From assembly GCF_004010195.1 (NCBI RefSeq), contig NC_057718.1, positions 7,329,563 to 7,393,562 of the forward strand: DNA of 64,000 nt. Reading direction: 5' to 3'. Both the position numbers and the translations under genes were made by a program. The stretch is from Chiloscyllium plagiosum. Taxonomy: Eukaryota. The notes beneath the pieces were generated by a model. It ran no database searches. It was not told the DNA's origin and worked only from the letters and a program-made list of their open reading frames with translations. Shown here one piece after another: positions 38,632 through 51,379 of the stretch (its first letter is position 1; each line of letters begins with the position of its first letter).

Positions 38632-39109
38632 CTGTTGAGCAAATGACACATGAGCTACTCACACACACAGTAAGGTTAACATTAGCTTTGATCAGTAGGA
38701 TAGCGCCAGCATTAAATGATCCACTGAAGCCAAAGCTAATCAAGGCTGGGAGAGATTTGTAAAGGACAGCTGATTCCTGAAGTCAAAACTCCACCAGGAA
38801 CTTAGAAATTCTTGTATAGTAAAATGCAACTAATCCCAAATTGGCCACCCATTATTCCAACCATGAGCAGGGTTAAGTTGTGAAGCCAGTGACTGGCATT
38901 TACAGTACGAAAGCTTCACTGATAACATCCTGTGTTGGTGCTTAGGTAGTCTGATACTGCAGTCAACGTGTCAATAGGATCGAGAATAAATTGTGGGTTC
39001 TGATGCAATATGGGTGAATTGCACAGTGTGACACTGAGGCACGTAAACTATCTCTAACACACTCTACAATTGTCACATGTAGACGGGGTGATTAGTAAGG
39101 TGATTACTT

Positions 39110-39682
39110 TTGAGTATCAGACTTGGGACATCATGTTAAGACATTGGTGAGGTCTCTTCTGGAGTACTGTGTGCAGTTCTGATCTCCCTGTTATAGGAGG
39201 AATATTATTAAATTGGAGAGGGTTCAGAAAAGATATACCAGAAAGTTGCCCAGAATGGAAGGTTTGAGTTATAAGGAGAGGCTGGATAGGCTGGGACTTA
39301 TTTCACTGGAGTGTAGGATGTTAAGTGGTGACCTTACAGAGATTTATAAAATAATGAGGGTCTAGATAAGGTAAATGGCAGGTGCTTTTTCCCTAGAGAA
39401 GGGATTTCAAGACTAGGGGACATTTTTAAGGTAAGAGGAGAAAGATTTAAAGAAGACATGAGGGGCAGTATTTTCATGCAGAGAATGGTTAGTGCGTGGA
39501 AGAAACTTCCAGAGGAAGTGGTGGATGTGTGTGCAGTTACAACGTTTGAAAGACATTTGGATAAGTACATGGATATGGGCCAGGAACAGGCAGGTGGGGC
39601 TAGTTTAGTTTAGGATTATCATCAGCATGGACTGGTTGGGCTGAAGGGTCTCCTTCTATGTTGTATGACTCCCGGACTCTAA
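39110..39682 (+). mobile_element. CR1 LINE 3' fragment
   Basis: ctggagtactgtgtgcagttctg through to the 3' UTR. Confidence 0.85.
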
Positions 39683-42295
39683 CTTACCTCAGTACAGGAA
39701 GTGGGAATGACAGCCAACCTTCCCACTCCTAAACAGAAACAGAAATTGCTGGAGAAACTCAGCAGATCTGGCAGCGTTTGTGAAGAGAGAGTACAGTTAA
39801 TGTTTTGTGCCCAGCGACTCTTCTTCTTCCCATCCCTAACCCTTATTCAGTGACCAATGCATGTCCACACTTCAGGAAGAATTTGTGTTTGAATTTTAGG
39901 AGGTGCCATGGTCATCCTTGGCAATGCTGCCCTGATGGTACTGAGTGTTTCTGAAGAATGGCCATTTTCCGGGTACTTGGTGCTGCCAATAAGAACATCT
40001 TGCTTTGTTCAGCAGAGGAGGCAAGGACAGAACATATTAGAACATAGAACATAATCCCTTCGGCCCCCACGTTATGCCAGCCTTTTATCCTACTTTAAGA
40101 TCAGACTAACCTAGATACCCTACATTGTACTATTATCCAAGTCCCTATCCAAGAGTTGTTTTAATGTCCCTAATGTATCTGACTGCTGGCAGTGCATTCT
40201 ATGCACCCACCACTCTCTGTGTAAAGAACCTGCCTCTCTAATCTCCCCTAAACTTTCCTCCAGTGACCTTAAAATTATGCTCCTTCATGATAGCCATTTC
40301 TGCACTGGGAAAATGTCTCTGGCTATTCACCCTATGTGTGCCTCTCAACATCTTGTACACCTCGATACTGTTTTAGGTAACGAGAAATGGAAAATGCTGA
40401 AAATCCTCAGCAGCTCTCGCAACATCATTGGAGAGATAAACAGAGTAATGGTTCAGGTCCAAAACCTTCCATCATAATCCAGGCTCACCCTCCAATTGAC
40501 TGCACTTGCCACCTCATGTGCACTCAGTGCTTAAATCTGCGCATTCCTGTTTCCTGCCTCAAACTTATCGAACCCTGGAAAGAATGTTAGTTCTACAGGC
40601 GATGACCATTCAGCCCATCAAAGCCATATCGGCTCTCTGTTGCGCAATCTAGTCAGTCCCATTCATCAGATCTATCCCCACAACAAGTCAACTTTCCTTT
40701 CATACCCATCCAATTTTCTTTGGATATTGTCAGCTCTTCCATCGTACTCATTGGCAGAAAATTCCAGATCATTGTGGTGTAATCCCAACTGATGGTAATG
40801 CCAGACAGGTCAGATCCCAAAAGGAAATCTGGCTCAATAGCCAGAGGTTTTATTTTCACACTTGGTTACTGCACTGGTCGGTCACTGAGCATATTTACAA
40901 CAGGAACAAAAACTATTTTGTACTATCCTAGATTGAGCTGAAACAGTCTTGTTAGAATTCTTAGAAATGACAATTCAACTTGTTTACTCTCAACAATGAC
41001 CTTACAGATATTTAAACCCCAGTGAAGGGCTATCTTTTTCTGATTTGAAGGTCTTTGTTCAGTGGTACAGCTGTGCTTGGTTTCTTTCTGGCAAACATCT
41101 GCATTCACCCAATTATAACACTGCCAGTTTAATGTCCCTTAATGAAACTTTTAAATAATCCACTAACACAATTCACTTCTTTCCTAACATAGAGTCAAGT
41201 ACGATTCCTTAAACCTCTCTTTCCCAGTCTTTGTTTTTGGAGCTTTCTCAGGATGTTTCTCCTGAACTGACTGTAATGGAGACTGCAAAACTGTATTGTT
41301 GCTCTTAAGAGTCTTTTTCTCCCTGAATAACCTTCTTCTGTCTGAAATAAAACTGCACATGCACTGTACTTCTGAATGGTTCTCTCTTGCTAAAGGGAAG
41401 CTGTTCAATCACTCCATCCTTTGCCAAAGGATATCTTTTTGCTAGGCAACAGCTGGATATTTTTCTAACTTTACTCTTTGTTTTATCAAGTAATAAACTA
41501 TTCCTTTCAAGGATATTTGTTTACAGCCTCACTTAAATTTCCAGACACCTAGTGCATGAACATAATTTAAAATTTAAAATACGCTTTTTTCCTTCCAGAC
41601 CCATACAACATAGAAACACAAGTCGAATTTAAAACCAAGTATTGTTTTGTCTACTTTAGCTCCCAAGTTTAACAACAATGATAATAGGGCGTAATGATCC
41701 TTCATCATAAGGACCACTCATTGAAATTACCTCACTTATCGCTTGGTATATAGTCCTTTCACCATCAGTTAATTGTCTCTACCCTATCCAAACCTGTCAC
41801 AATCTGCCCTTCAGCTGCTTCTACTCCAAAGAGCATAAAATAATGAAGTGCGTGACGAGAAGTGTCATAGAGTCATGGAACACAGAAACAGGGGGAGGAG
41901 TGGTGCAGCCAATGTGTAGGAGAGATGTTAGGAAGCACTTTGATACAAAAAGAGGTTTGGAACTCTCTTCCAGTAATGGCAGTGGATGCTGAATCAGTTG
42001 TTCAGTTTAAATCTGACATCGCTTTTTTTTAAGCAAAGGTGTTAAGGGCTATGGGCTAAAGTCAGGGAGTTAGGCCACGGATCAGCCATGATCTCATTGA
42101 ATGGTGGGACAGTCTCGAAGGGCTGAATGGCCAACTCCTGTTCCCAGAATGCAACGCAAACATTAGAACGTTCAGAACTCCAAGCTTTTAAAACAGGAGT
42201 GTGTGGTCCTTTTTGCCCTACATCTAATCCTAGCAAAACCATACATCTCAAAAGGTAAGGTTGCAAATTTCTAAATATGTAGACTGGAGGCCTGA

Positions 42296-43185
42296 TGAAA
42301 TACCTACACTGAGACCATCATCAAGTCTCCCTTTATTTTCAAGTGCACAGTACATGGGCTCTGACCAGCCAGCTCAGAGCCACTCCCAAGATCGAGGAGG
42401 TTCTCTGAATTTCTTAGGCAAAAGTGAGGACTACAGATGCTGGAGATCAGAGTGGTCCTGGAAAAGCACAGCAGGTCAGGCAGCATCCGAGGAGCAGGAG
42501 AATCAATGTTTCGGGCAAAAGCCCTTCATCAGGAATGAGGCCGGGAGCCTCTGGGGTGGAGAGATAAATGGGAGGGAGGGAGGTGGGGCTGGGGAGAAGG
42601 TAGTTAAGAGTACAATAGGTGGATGGAAGTGGGGGTAAAGGTGATAGATTGGGGGAGGATGGAGCGGATTGGTGGTAGGGGTGATTGACAGGTGAAACAG
42701 GTCATGAAGATGGTGCTGAGCTGGAAGGTTGGAACTGGGGTAAGGTGGGGGGAGGGGAAATGAGGAAACTGTTGAAGTCCACATTGATGCCCTGGGGTTG
42801 AAGTGTTTCGAGGCGGAATATGAGGAGTTCTTCCTCCAGGCGTCGGGTGGTGAGGGAGTGGTGATGGAGGAGGCCCAGGACCTGCATGTCCTTGGCAGAT
42901 TGGGAGGGGGAGTTGAAATGTGCGGCCATAGGGCGGTGGGGTTGATTGGTGCGGGTGTCCCGGAGATGTTCCCTAAAGCGCTCTGCCAGTCCAGTCTCCC
43001 CAATGTAGAGGAGACTGCATCGGGAGCAACGGATACAATAAATGACATTGGTGGATGTGCAGGTGAAACTCTCTGAATCTCTTGCTTATATCTGTCAGCC
43101 AGGGCTCCCTGATTGAGCCCAGTTAATAACCCCAGTCAAAAATCTCATAGTCAATGAGATCCACATGCTCCTGGTTCCTATCATT
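42296..43185 (-). mobile_element. Solo LTR interrupted by a PLE
   Basis: tgaaata...ctttattt...; resumes after 43083 with ttatatctgtcagccagggctccctgattg. Confidence 0.65.
42416..43069 (-). mobile_element. 5'-truncated PLE (family A) with GIY-YIG region and hammerhead core at about 42499-42537
   Basis: SANVIYCIRCSRCSLLYIGETG, AAHFNSPSQ and LIFRLETLQPQGINVDF. Minus strand CTGATGAAGGGCTTTTGCCCGAAACATT. TSD TCTCTGAAT(T/C)TCTT at 42402-42415 and 43070-43083. Confidence 0.9.
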
Positions 43186-43196
43186 GCTATTAAATT

Positions 43197-43555
43197 ATAG
43201 GGAGAGGCTGAATAAGCTGTGGCTTTTTTCCCCGGGAGTGTCAGAGTCTGAGGAATTACCTGATAGAGGTTTATAAAATCATGACTGACATGGATAGGGG
43301 AGTCCAGAATTAGAGGGCATCGACTTAAGGTGAGAGGGGAAAGATATAAAAGGGACCTCAGGGGCAAATATTTCCTGCAGAGGGTGGTGCGTGTATGGAA
43401 TGAACTGCCAGAGGAAGTAGTGGAGGCTGGTACAGTTGCAACATTTAAAAGACATCTCGATGGGTATATGAATAGGAAGGATTTAGAGGGATATGGGCCA
43501 AATGCTGGCAAATGGGACTCGGTCAGGTTCGTTTGTCTGGTCGGTGTGGACGAAG
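43197..43555 (+). mobile_element. CR1 LINE 3' fragment
   Basis: RGERYKRDLRGKYFLQRVVRVWNELP. Confidence 0.85.
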
Positions 43556-43844
43556 AGTTTGTTTGAGTGAGAGGTTAAAATGAACCTTTACCTGCAGTAA
43601 ATCTAAAATAGCAACCCAATCCAACTAACCAAAAAGAGGTTCCATAATTTAGTTACAGACATAGATGGGAGTCCAAAGCCCAAGTGAAGCCTTAGCCAGT
43701 GGATTTGACACTTCACAGAGAAGAACAGCCCAAGTTTTTTTTCAGGAACACTGAAAGATTTATGACACCAAACCAAATAAGGAGGTAAAATACAAGACAA
43801 TCACAAGCTGGACAAAGAGGCAAGGAATGTCTTGAAGGAGAAAG

Positions 43845-44688
43845 TCGAAAATCACACAACACTGGGTTATAGTCTTAACAGGTTTATTTGGAATCTCGAT
43901 TATCCGAAGGACATGCGCGGGGAGTATTTCGTTCGGTTAATCGAATCCTGGATAATTGATGTTGGATAACATGCATTGGGACCTTGTGATCTTGTTCAGA
44001 TAATCGGAAATTTAGTTTTTCGAATGCTGGATAATCAAGGTTCCTCTGTACAAGCTTTCGGAGCGATGCTCCTTCGTTAAGTAGCTAGTGCGGCAGGATC
44101 ATAGGGCATGAAATTTATTGTAAAAGATCAAAGTGTCATACAACTGATGCGATGTATTGAACAAACCGAGATTGCTGTTAGATTTTCAATTACTCAGAAT
44201 GGGGATACAGGTTTCGATTCATTAATATGTAAATATGTAAATATTAATCTGAGCTGCCAGAGGAAGTGGTGGAGGCTGGTACAATTGTAGCATTTAAGAG
44301 GCATTTGGATGGGTATAGGAATAGGAAGGATTTGGGAAGATATGGGCCGGGTGCTGCCAGGTGGGACTAGATTGGGTTGGGATATCTGGTCAGCATGGAC
44401 AGGTTGGACCGAAGGGTCTGTTTCCATACTGTACATCTCTATGACTCTAATCAATCAAAACCTGCATCCCCATTCTAAGTGATTTAAGACTTAACACAAT
44501 TTAGGTTTGTTCAGTACATCTCCTCAGTTGTATGACATTTTGATCTTTCACTATAAATTCTGTGTCCTATGATCCTGCAGTGCTCCGAAAGCTTGTAATT
44601 CCAAACAAACCTGTTGAACTATAACCTGGTGTTATGCGATTTTTAACTTTGTCCACCCCAGTCCAACACCGTCACCTCCACGGCATTA
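43845..44688. mobile_element. Long fold-back PLE insertion (family C) with a nested MITE (about 43892-44048) and a central CR1 tail (about 44250-44450)
   Basis: 43845-44230 is the reverse complement of 44450-44650 (aaaatcacacaacactgggttatagtc versus actataacctggtgttatgcgatttt). Confidence 0.75.
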
Positions 44689-45029
44689 AAGGGGAAAAGT
44701 GAGGTGGAGAGGCAGGGTATTCCAGAACTTTGGGTCCCAAGCAATTGAAAGATCAAAGTGTCATACAACTGAGGAGATGTACTGAACAAACCTAGATTGT
44801 GTTAAGTCTTTAATCACTTAGAATGGGGATGCAGGGCTTGATTGATTAGAGTCACAGAGATGTTCAGCATGGAAACAGACCCTTCGGTCCAACCCATCCA
44901 CTACTGAAGAAACAGCAAGAAGGAGTTCGCAAGAGATCTGAATGAGAAAAATACTATCTTGGAGGGGGCTGTGTGCTGGAGGGAGGTAGAGAAGCAGAGG
45001 GGGGTAATGGAAGGATTTGAAAATGAAGA

Positions 45030-45400
45030 CGTATAAAATTCTAACAGGACTAGACAGAGTAGATGCAGACAGAATGTTCCCGATGGTGCTGTGTCCAGAA
45101 CTGGGAATCACAGTCTGAGGATTCGGGTGGACAATTCAGAACAGAGATGAGGAGACATTTCGTCACCCAAAGAGTGGTGAGCCTGTGAAATTCATTACCA
45201 CAGGAGGTAATTGATGCCAAAACATTGAGTGTATTTAAGAGGCTGCTAGATTTAGCACTTGGGGTGAACGGGATCAAAGGCCATGGGAGAAAGCAGGATT
45301 AGGCTATTGAGTTGGATGGTCACTCATGTTGGTGATGAATGGTGGAGCAGGCTCAAAGGGCTGAATGGCCTCCTTCTGCTCCTATCTTCTAAGTTTCTAC
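45030..45400 (+). mobile_element. CR1 LINE 3' fragment
   Basis: gagatgaggagacatttcgtcacccaaagagtggtgagcctgtg and 3' UTR. Confidence 0.82.
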
Positions 45401-46044
45401 ATTTAAGGCGGGAATTTTAAAATTAAGTCATTGCCTAACCAGGAGCCAATGTAGGTCAATGAGCTCAGATTTAATCAGGGATCGGAAATTGGTGCAAGTT
45501 AAGACACAGGCTACAGAGCTTTGGATGGCTGCAACTTTATGGAAGATAAAATGTGGAAGATCAACCATTCACAGGAGAAGTGTGTGAAAACCAGGGGCCC
45601 ATATGGGAAGCAGGAGTATCCCCGTGGATATTACAAGAATAGGGTATGTCCTTGCCTTGTTTCCTGTCCACAATCAGGTATTTGCCACTGACTATGGACC
45701 TCCACCCTTGCCAGTCAGTGTGTGTCCTCAGAGACAGTGTGTCCTGGAAAGCAGCAGTGAGATATTTGCTTGCTGGACTGGGTTCCTACTGCATTGCACA
45801 TGAGCAAAACAGATTGAAATGAGACACAATATCCGAAAGAGCCTCCCCAGTTACAGTTATAAGATGCGCAGAAGTTATACATTGAGAACATTACCTGCCA
45901 CATGATCTCAGTAAGACAGCAGTAAGGTGAATGCATTCAGCTTTTTAAATATAATTTTTGCACATTGTAATTCAATTGCTTGAATAATAATGATTTCCAA
46001 TCAAAAATCCAAACAGCAGCTTTCCTTCTAACATGTTTTTTAAA

Positions 46045-46395
46045 ATTTATTCATGGGATGAGTGTATCACTGGTTCGGCCAGCATGTATTGCTAAGCCCT
46101 AAAATGCCCCCAGTAAAGAGTCAACCATTTTGCTGTGGGCTTGGAGTCAAATGTAGGCCGGACCAGGTAAAGATGGCAGTTTCCTTCCCGAGAGGGCTTC
46201 AGTGAACCAGATGAGTTGTTTCTCCACTCTCCTGATAACTGGCAATGGATTCATGGTCATCATTAGACTCTTAATTCCAAATTTTTATGGAATTCACAAT
46301 CCACCATCTGCTGTGGCAGGATTCAAACACAGGACATTATCTGACTCTCTGGAATTACAGTTCAGTACTAATACCACGAGGCTGTGACCTCCCCA
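46045..46395 (-). mobile_element. SacSINE1-like DeuSINE
   Basis: ggaccaggtaaagatggcagtttccttccc...agtgaaccagatg core. Confidence 0.7.
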
Positions 46396-47211
46396 AGGCT
46401 GGGTCTTAAAGGCTGCATTTTTAATCAGTAAAGGAGTCAAGAGTTATTGTGAGAAGTCAGGAAAGTGCATTTGAGGATGATCAGATCAGCCATGACCTCA
46501 TTGAATGGCAGAGCAGGCTCAATGGGCCGAATGGCTTATATCTGTTCCTACACCTTGTGATCTAAAGTCAGCAGATCATGCACTGGATTGATCAATTGCC
46601 TCGAACCCATCAAAATAGTTGCGGAAACTAATTGGGTCACCGCAGTCTCGATAGTATCGTCTACTAGGGAAGAAGGAGGAATGCGTGATGCTGTTGTCAT
46701 CCTCCAGTCTACCATTAGCAGGAAAGATATCTATTTGTAAGACAAATGTGCTTTCACCACTGGGAACAGCTTTTAAAGTACAGGTGGAGGAACAGATGGG
46801 TCTGTCTGGGAGACAGGCACTACCGAAGCAGATAATGTGACAGAGCAATACCCTTTACAATCTTACTGCAAAACCTGGACACCAGATATTTAACAGCTTG
46901 CGGATTGGGTTGGGAAAGGATTCCAGAAGCTCTTTGGGTAAGTGCAGCAAGGGAGTGTTTTTGTACAAGGGGCAAAAGGCGATAGTTATACAGGATAAAA
47001 GGTCTAATTCCTTTGGATACACCCTCGGCCTTCCCTATTCTCAATGTTTTATTCTTGATGAATATATAATCTATGTTTCATTAAGATGCACAGTGAGTTA
47101 CTATGGTCACTGACATATAGGTATGAGCTGCCTCCTGATTTGTTAAACATGAATCCCACAATTCTTCATTTTTGAGCTGATAGAGAATCAGTTGGCACAA
47201 GTCGGAGGCCT

Positions 47212-47434
47212 AGAGATGGGTCTTGAAGATTTCAAGTGATGGGGCTGTGACAATATGTTTGGTAACTTGATCTATTGTGGGATTGTCCAAGGGAAGAGAC
47301 ATTGTTGATACATTGTCTTGGAAACAAATGGTCTTTGTCATTTGTATGGATGACTAGCTTGTGTTTACTCATTGGTGGAGGGAACCTGGTACCTGTTTCT
47401 GCCAATTCCCACTCGCGCAGTCCATATTTTATAT
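47212..47434. repeat. Left arm of a 223-bp inverted repeat (partner 50662-50884)
   Basis: ccaagggaagagacattgttgatacattgtcttggaaacaaatggtc is the exact reverse complement of gaccatttgtttccaagacaatgtatcaacaatgtctcttcccttgg. Confidence 0.92.
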
Positions 47435-47734
47435 TTTTTTCAGACAGTGTGTTCCAGATCCCAGTAACTCGCCATGTTAAAAGGGTTAGTTTGGTTTCTC
47501 TTGGCAATTCCTAAATCTGTGTTCTCCCTCGACCCTTTTATATTCTCAGTATTAGTGAGGATCTGGGTGGGGTGGCACTGGGTGGCAATGTAGATCCTTT
47601 TTTTGGAGCAGAGGTAGAGCTGGGAGAAAGCCCTTGATCTATAATTACACAAAAAGGAACTAATTGATACCTCCACCTTGTTTTGGAGTGAGGTTTGGCA
47701 TGCTCACCAAGGACTTTGTCTTCAGTTGCCCCAA

Positions 47735-48730
47735 TTTGATTTGATTTGATTCAATTTGATTGACTATTGTCACATGTACCTAAGTACAGTGAAAAGTTTT
47801 GTTTGTGTGCAGTACAGGCGGAACATAGCATACAAGGACAGGCAGATCACAGGGTGCTTAGACAGAGCAAGGCATACAAAGTTATGGCTGCACAGGAGAT
47901 TCACAAGGTCAACTTTAGATTTGAAATTTGAGACATCCATTCAGCAGTCTAACAATAGTGGGGAAACACTGTTTTATGAACATGTTGGTATGTGTGTTTA
48001 AGCTTCTGTATCTTCTGCCTGATGGAAGAGGTTAGAAGAGACTATTACCGGGGTGGGAGGGGTCTATGATGAGTTTGGCAGCCTTTCTGTGGCAGTGAGC
48101 TGTTAGCACTGCTGCCTCACAGCACCAGTGTCCCAGGTTCGATTCCAGCCTCGAGCAACTGCCTGTGTGGAGTTTGCTCATTTTCCCCGTGTCTGCGTGG
48201 GTTTCCTCCAGGGGCTCCGGTTTTCTCCCACAGACCAAAGATGTACAGGTCAGGTGAATTGGCCATGCTAAATTGCCCATAGTGTTAGGTGCATTAGTCA
48301 AAGGGAAATGGGTCTGGGTGGGTTACTCTTTGGAGGGTCAATGTGGACTGGTTGGGCAAAGGGCCTGTTTCCACACTGTAGGGAATCTAATCTAATCGAA
48401 ATGGAGTCCATGGATGGAAGGTTGGCTTCCGTGATGGTCTGGGCTGTGCACACAACCTTCTGTAAGTTTCTTATGATCCTGGGCAGAGCAGTTGCCATAC
48501 CAGGCTGTTATGCACCCAGACAGTATGCTTTCAATGGGGCATCTGTAAAGATTGGTGAGGGTCCTTATAGGCATGCTGGATTTCCCATGCCTCCTGAGGA
48601 AGAAGAGGCATTGTTGTGCCTTCTTGACCGTTGCATCTACATGGGAATTCCAGGACAGATTGTTTGTTACCATCAGTCCTAGGGCCTTGGCACTCTCCAC
48701 CCCCTCCACCTCAGTCCGTTGATGTAGATA
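47735..48730 (-). mobile_element. Rex1/Babar-type LINE 3' fragment with a nested HE1 SINE (about 48092-48396, plus)
   Basis: LSWNSHVDATVKKAQQCLFFLRR...LYRCPIESILSGCITAWYGNCS; (tttga)n tail. Confidence 0.85.
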
Positions 48731-49061
48731 TTCCGGTTTGCACTCAAGGGGAAGAATAGTCACCCTTTCCACTGATTCTACATCATTATAACACAAAATG
48801 GCAACTGACGTCCTAGGAACATCACGGTGTGCTGACTTGCATAATTTAATAAGATTCATGAGTTGTTTCAGGTCGCATCAGTGCCCCTTCGGATGCCCTT
48901 AATAAATTGGTAGCCGGTATGACCATTCAGGGAACAGAAGTCCAGCCTGCTCTCTGCTTTTTTGACCCTTTCCCATTCCAGATGGGACAGACACAATTGA
49001 AGGTAGCCCACGTCCCTCGAGTCACTGTGAATAGGAAGCCTTCCATTCAGTTTGTTTCCAC

Positions 49062-49099
49062 AGTTCCTGATGAAGGGCTTTTGCCCGAAACGTCGATTT
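49062..49099 (+). ncRNA. Minimal type I hammerhead ribozyme motif on an isolated PLE end (about 49064-49156)
   Basis: CTGATGA(49067-73)-A-GGGC TTTT GCCC-GAAA-CGTC. Intact core, ACGT palindrome and GUC triplet; helix I is weak. Confidence 0.7.
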
Positions 49100-49360
49100 T
49101 ACTGCTCCTCGGATGCTGCCTGAACTGCTGTGCTCTTCCAGCACCACTAATCCAGAGACTGCCTGGGACAATGCATACCTTGCACGCTGAAAATACTCAG
49201 CAGTTGTCTCCTTCATTGGGTTCTTCATTGTTTATTTAACAAGAAATGAAATAGATACAATTTTCCCTGAAGGAAATCATTCCCTCCACTATTACAGTTT
49301 CAGGACATTGCTCATACAAAGTGTCATCCATCTGAAGGCTCTTACCATTATGAGGTACTC

Positions 49361-49661
49361 TGGCTCAGTGATTAGCACTGCTGCCTCACCGCATCAGATA
49401 CCTGGGTTCGATTCTAGCCTCAGGTGACTGTGTGGAGTTTACACATTCTCCCCGTGTCTGTGTGGGTTTCCTCCGGGTGCTCTGGTTTCCTCCCACAGTC
49501 CAAAGATGTGCAGGTCAGGTGAATTGGCCATGCTGCATTATCCATAGTGTTATGTGCATCATTCAGAGGGAAATGGGTCTGAGTGGATTACTAGTTGGAG
49601 GCTCGGTGTGGACTGGTTGGGCCAAATGGCCTATTTCCACACTGTAGCGAATCTAATCTAA
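49361..49661 (+). mobile_element. HE1 SINE
   Basis: A and B boxes, V-domain and aatctaatcta tail. Confidence 0.85.
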
Positions 49662-49706
49662 GTAAAAAATTCAGAATTCATTTCAATGAAGACCAGCCTT
49701 AAATGG

Positions 49707-50265
49707 ATGAAGTCTCCCTGGCTGAGCTCATTACTTGAAGGGAAAGCAATGGTCTTGTGATATTTTTGCTGAACTATTAATCTGGAGACTCAGATAACAT
49801 TCTGGGGACCTGGGTTCAAATCCTGTCATGGCAGATGGTGGAATTTGAATTCAATGAAAAGGAATGATTGGAATTAGAGTCTAATGATGACCATGCAAAA
49901 CATTGCCTGTTTTTGGAAAAGCCCATCTGGTTCACCAATGTCCTTCAGGGAGGGAAACTACTGTCATGTGACTCCAGACTCAATGCAATGTGGTTGACAC
50001 TTAACTGCTCTCTGGGCAATTAGGGATAGGCAATAAATGCTGTCCTGGCCAGGTACGCCCTCATCCCATGAATGAATAAAAAAAGCTACAGTTGGTGGAA
50101 TATAAATAATAGGCTCTGATTCTCACGCAACTAAAGAAGAGAGGGAAGAATTTCTACAATTTTGTTTGCCAGACATTGAATACAAATAGAAATAGGCAAC
50201 TATTGATTTCTTCACCAAGAGGGGAATTCACCCTAGTTGCCCTTGAGAAGGTGGTGGTGAGCTGC
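49707..50265 (+). repeat. About 555-bp direct duplication (partner 51351-51897), containing a DeuSINE
   Basis: Both copies start atgaagtctccctggctgagctcattacttgaagggaaagcaatgg and end gcccttgagaaggtggtggtgagctgc. Confidence 0.92.
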
Positions 50266-50661
50266 CTCTGAAGGAAAATAGCACAAGAGTTTATAATATG
50301 TTTGATTTTGTGATTCTCCTGATAAGCACCCTTGGGATGTGTTTCAATTCCAAATGCTATGTCAAAGCAAGCTGTTGTTGTTGTAGTACAACTGAGAGAT
50401 CAATTCTATGTCAAAAGGCATGTTTTTATAAAACAGCTTTGGGGAATTATGACCCAAATTCTGCACAATGTCCAGATGCATTGCATTTGTTTGAACGAAG
50501 AGATTAAGCAACCAGCAGACTAGCATCTGTTGCCAACTGCAACAGGATAAAGTTTTAAATGAGGGCTCATGTGGTAGTGTTAGTATCCCTGTCTCTGAGC
50601 TAGGAGGCCTGAGAATGCGAATCTGAGCAAAGTGTTTGGAGAACTAGACTAATCACATTCT

Positions 50662-50884
50662 ATATAAAATATGAACTGGACAAGTGGGAATTGGCAGAAA
50701 CAGGCACCAGGTTCCCTCTACCAATGAGTAAACACAAGGTAGTCATTCATACAAATGAAAAAGACCATTTGTTTCCAAGACAATGTATCAACAATGTCTC
50801 TTCCCTTGGACAATCCCACAATAGATAAGTTACCAAAAAAAATGGTCACAGTCCCCTCACTTGAAATCTTCAAGACCTATCTCT
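50662..50884. repeat. Right arm of the inverted repeat (partner 47212-47434)
   Basis: Direct reverse-complement comparison. Confidence 0.92.
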
Positions 50885-50960
50885 CGGTTGTTTCACTTTA
50901 AAAGTTTTGATGAATAGGACAACCATCTCAAAGGGTCATCATCACTGAGAGAAACATTGG

Positions 50961-51379
50961 TGAAATAATTCCATAGAGGTCGACATCCTGTCACCAAGTC
51001 ACCCTTTATTTACACGTGTGTAGTACATGACAATGACCCAGCTCCTCAAGTGAGCAGAACCCCAGACACTCCTGTTTATTTTTTTTTCTCATCTTACAAG
51101 GAAAAGTCCGTGACACTGGTCCAGCTCCCTCAGAGCCAGCTCTCAGAGTAAACATCACCTGTAACACTCCTGTTCATTTTCTTTTGCTTTGTTTTTGTTA
51201 CCCCCACACTGCCACCTAATTGCGGTAGTGCTTATTATTTTCCCCAGCTCCCATGTTGTGTGTGTGAAGGTGACACTCCTGTTTATATCTGTCAGCCTGG
51301 GCTCCCTGATTGGACCAGGTTAACATCCCTAATCAGGAAACTCATACTCAATGAAGTCTCCCTGGCTGAGCTCATTACT
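50961..51379 (-). mobile_element. Solo LTR with internal duplication or insertion
   Basis: Minus strand has CCAATC, GATATAAA and AATAAA in LTR order and ends TTTCA. acactcctgtt occurs three times. Confidence 0.68.

Noticed and set aside
46780..46945. Possible plus-strand exon ending in GG|GTAAGT
   Set aside because: Weak acceptor, an in-frame stop in the longest frame and no recognisable homology.
47212..50884. Inverted arms as TIRs of a 3.7-kb DNA transposon
   Set aside because: No TSD, no transposase remnant and no typical terminal motif.
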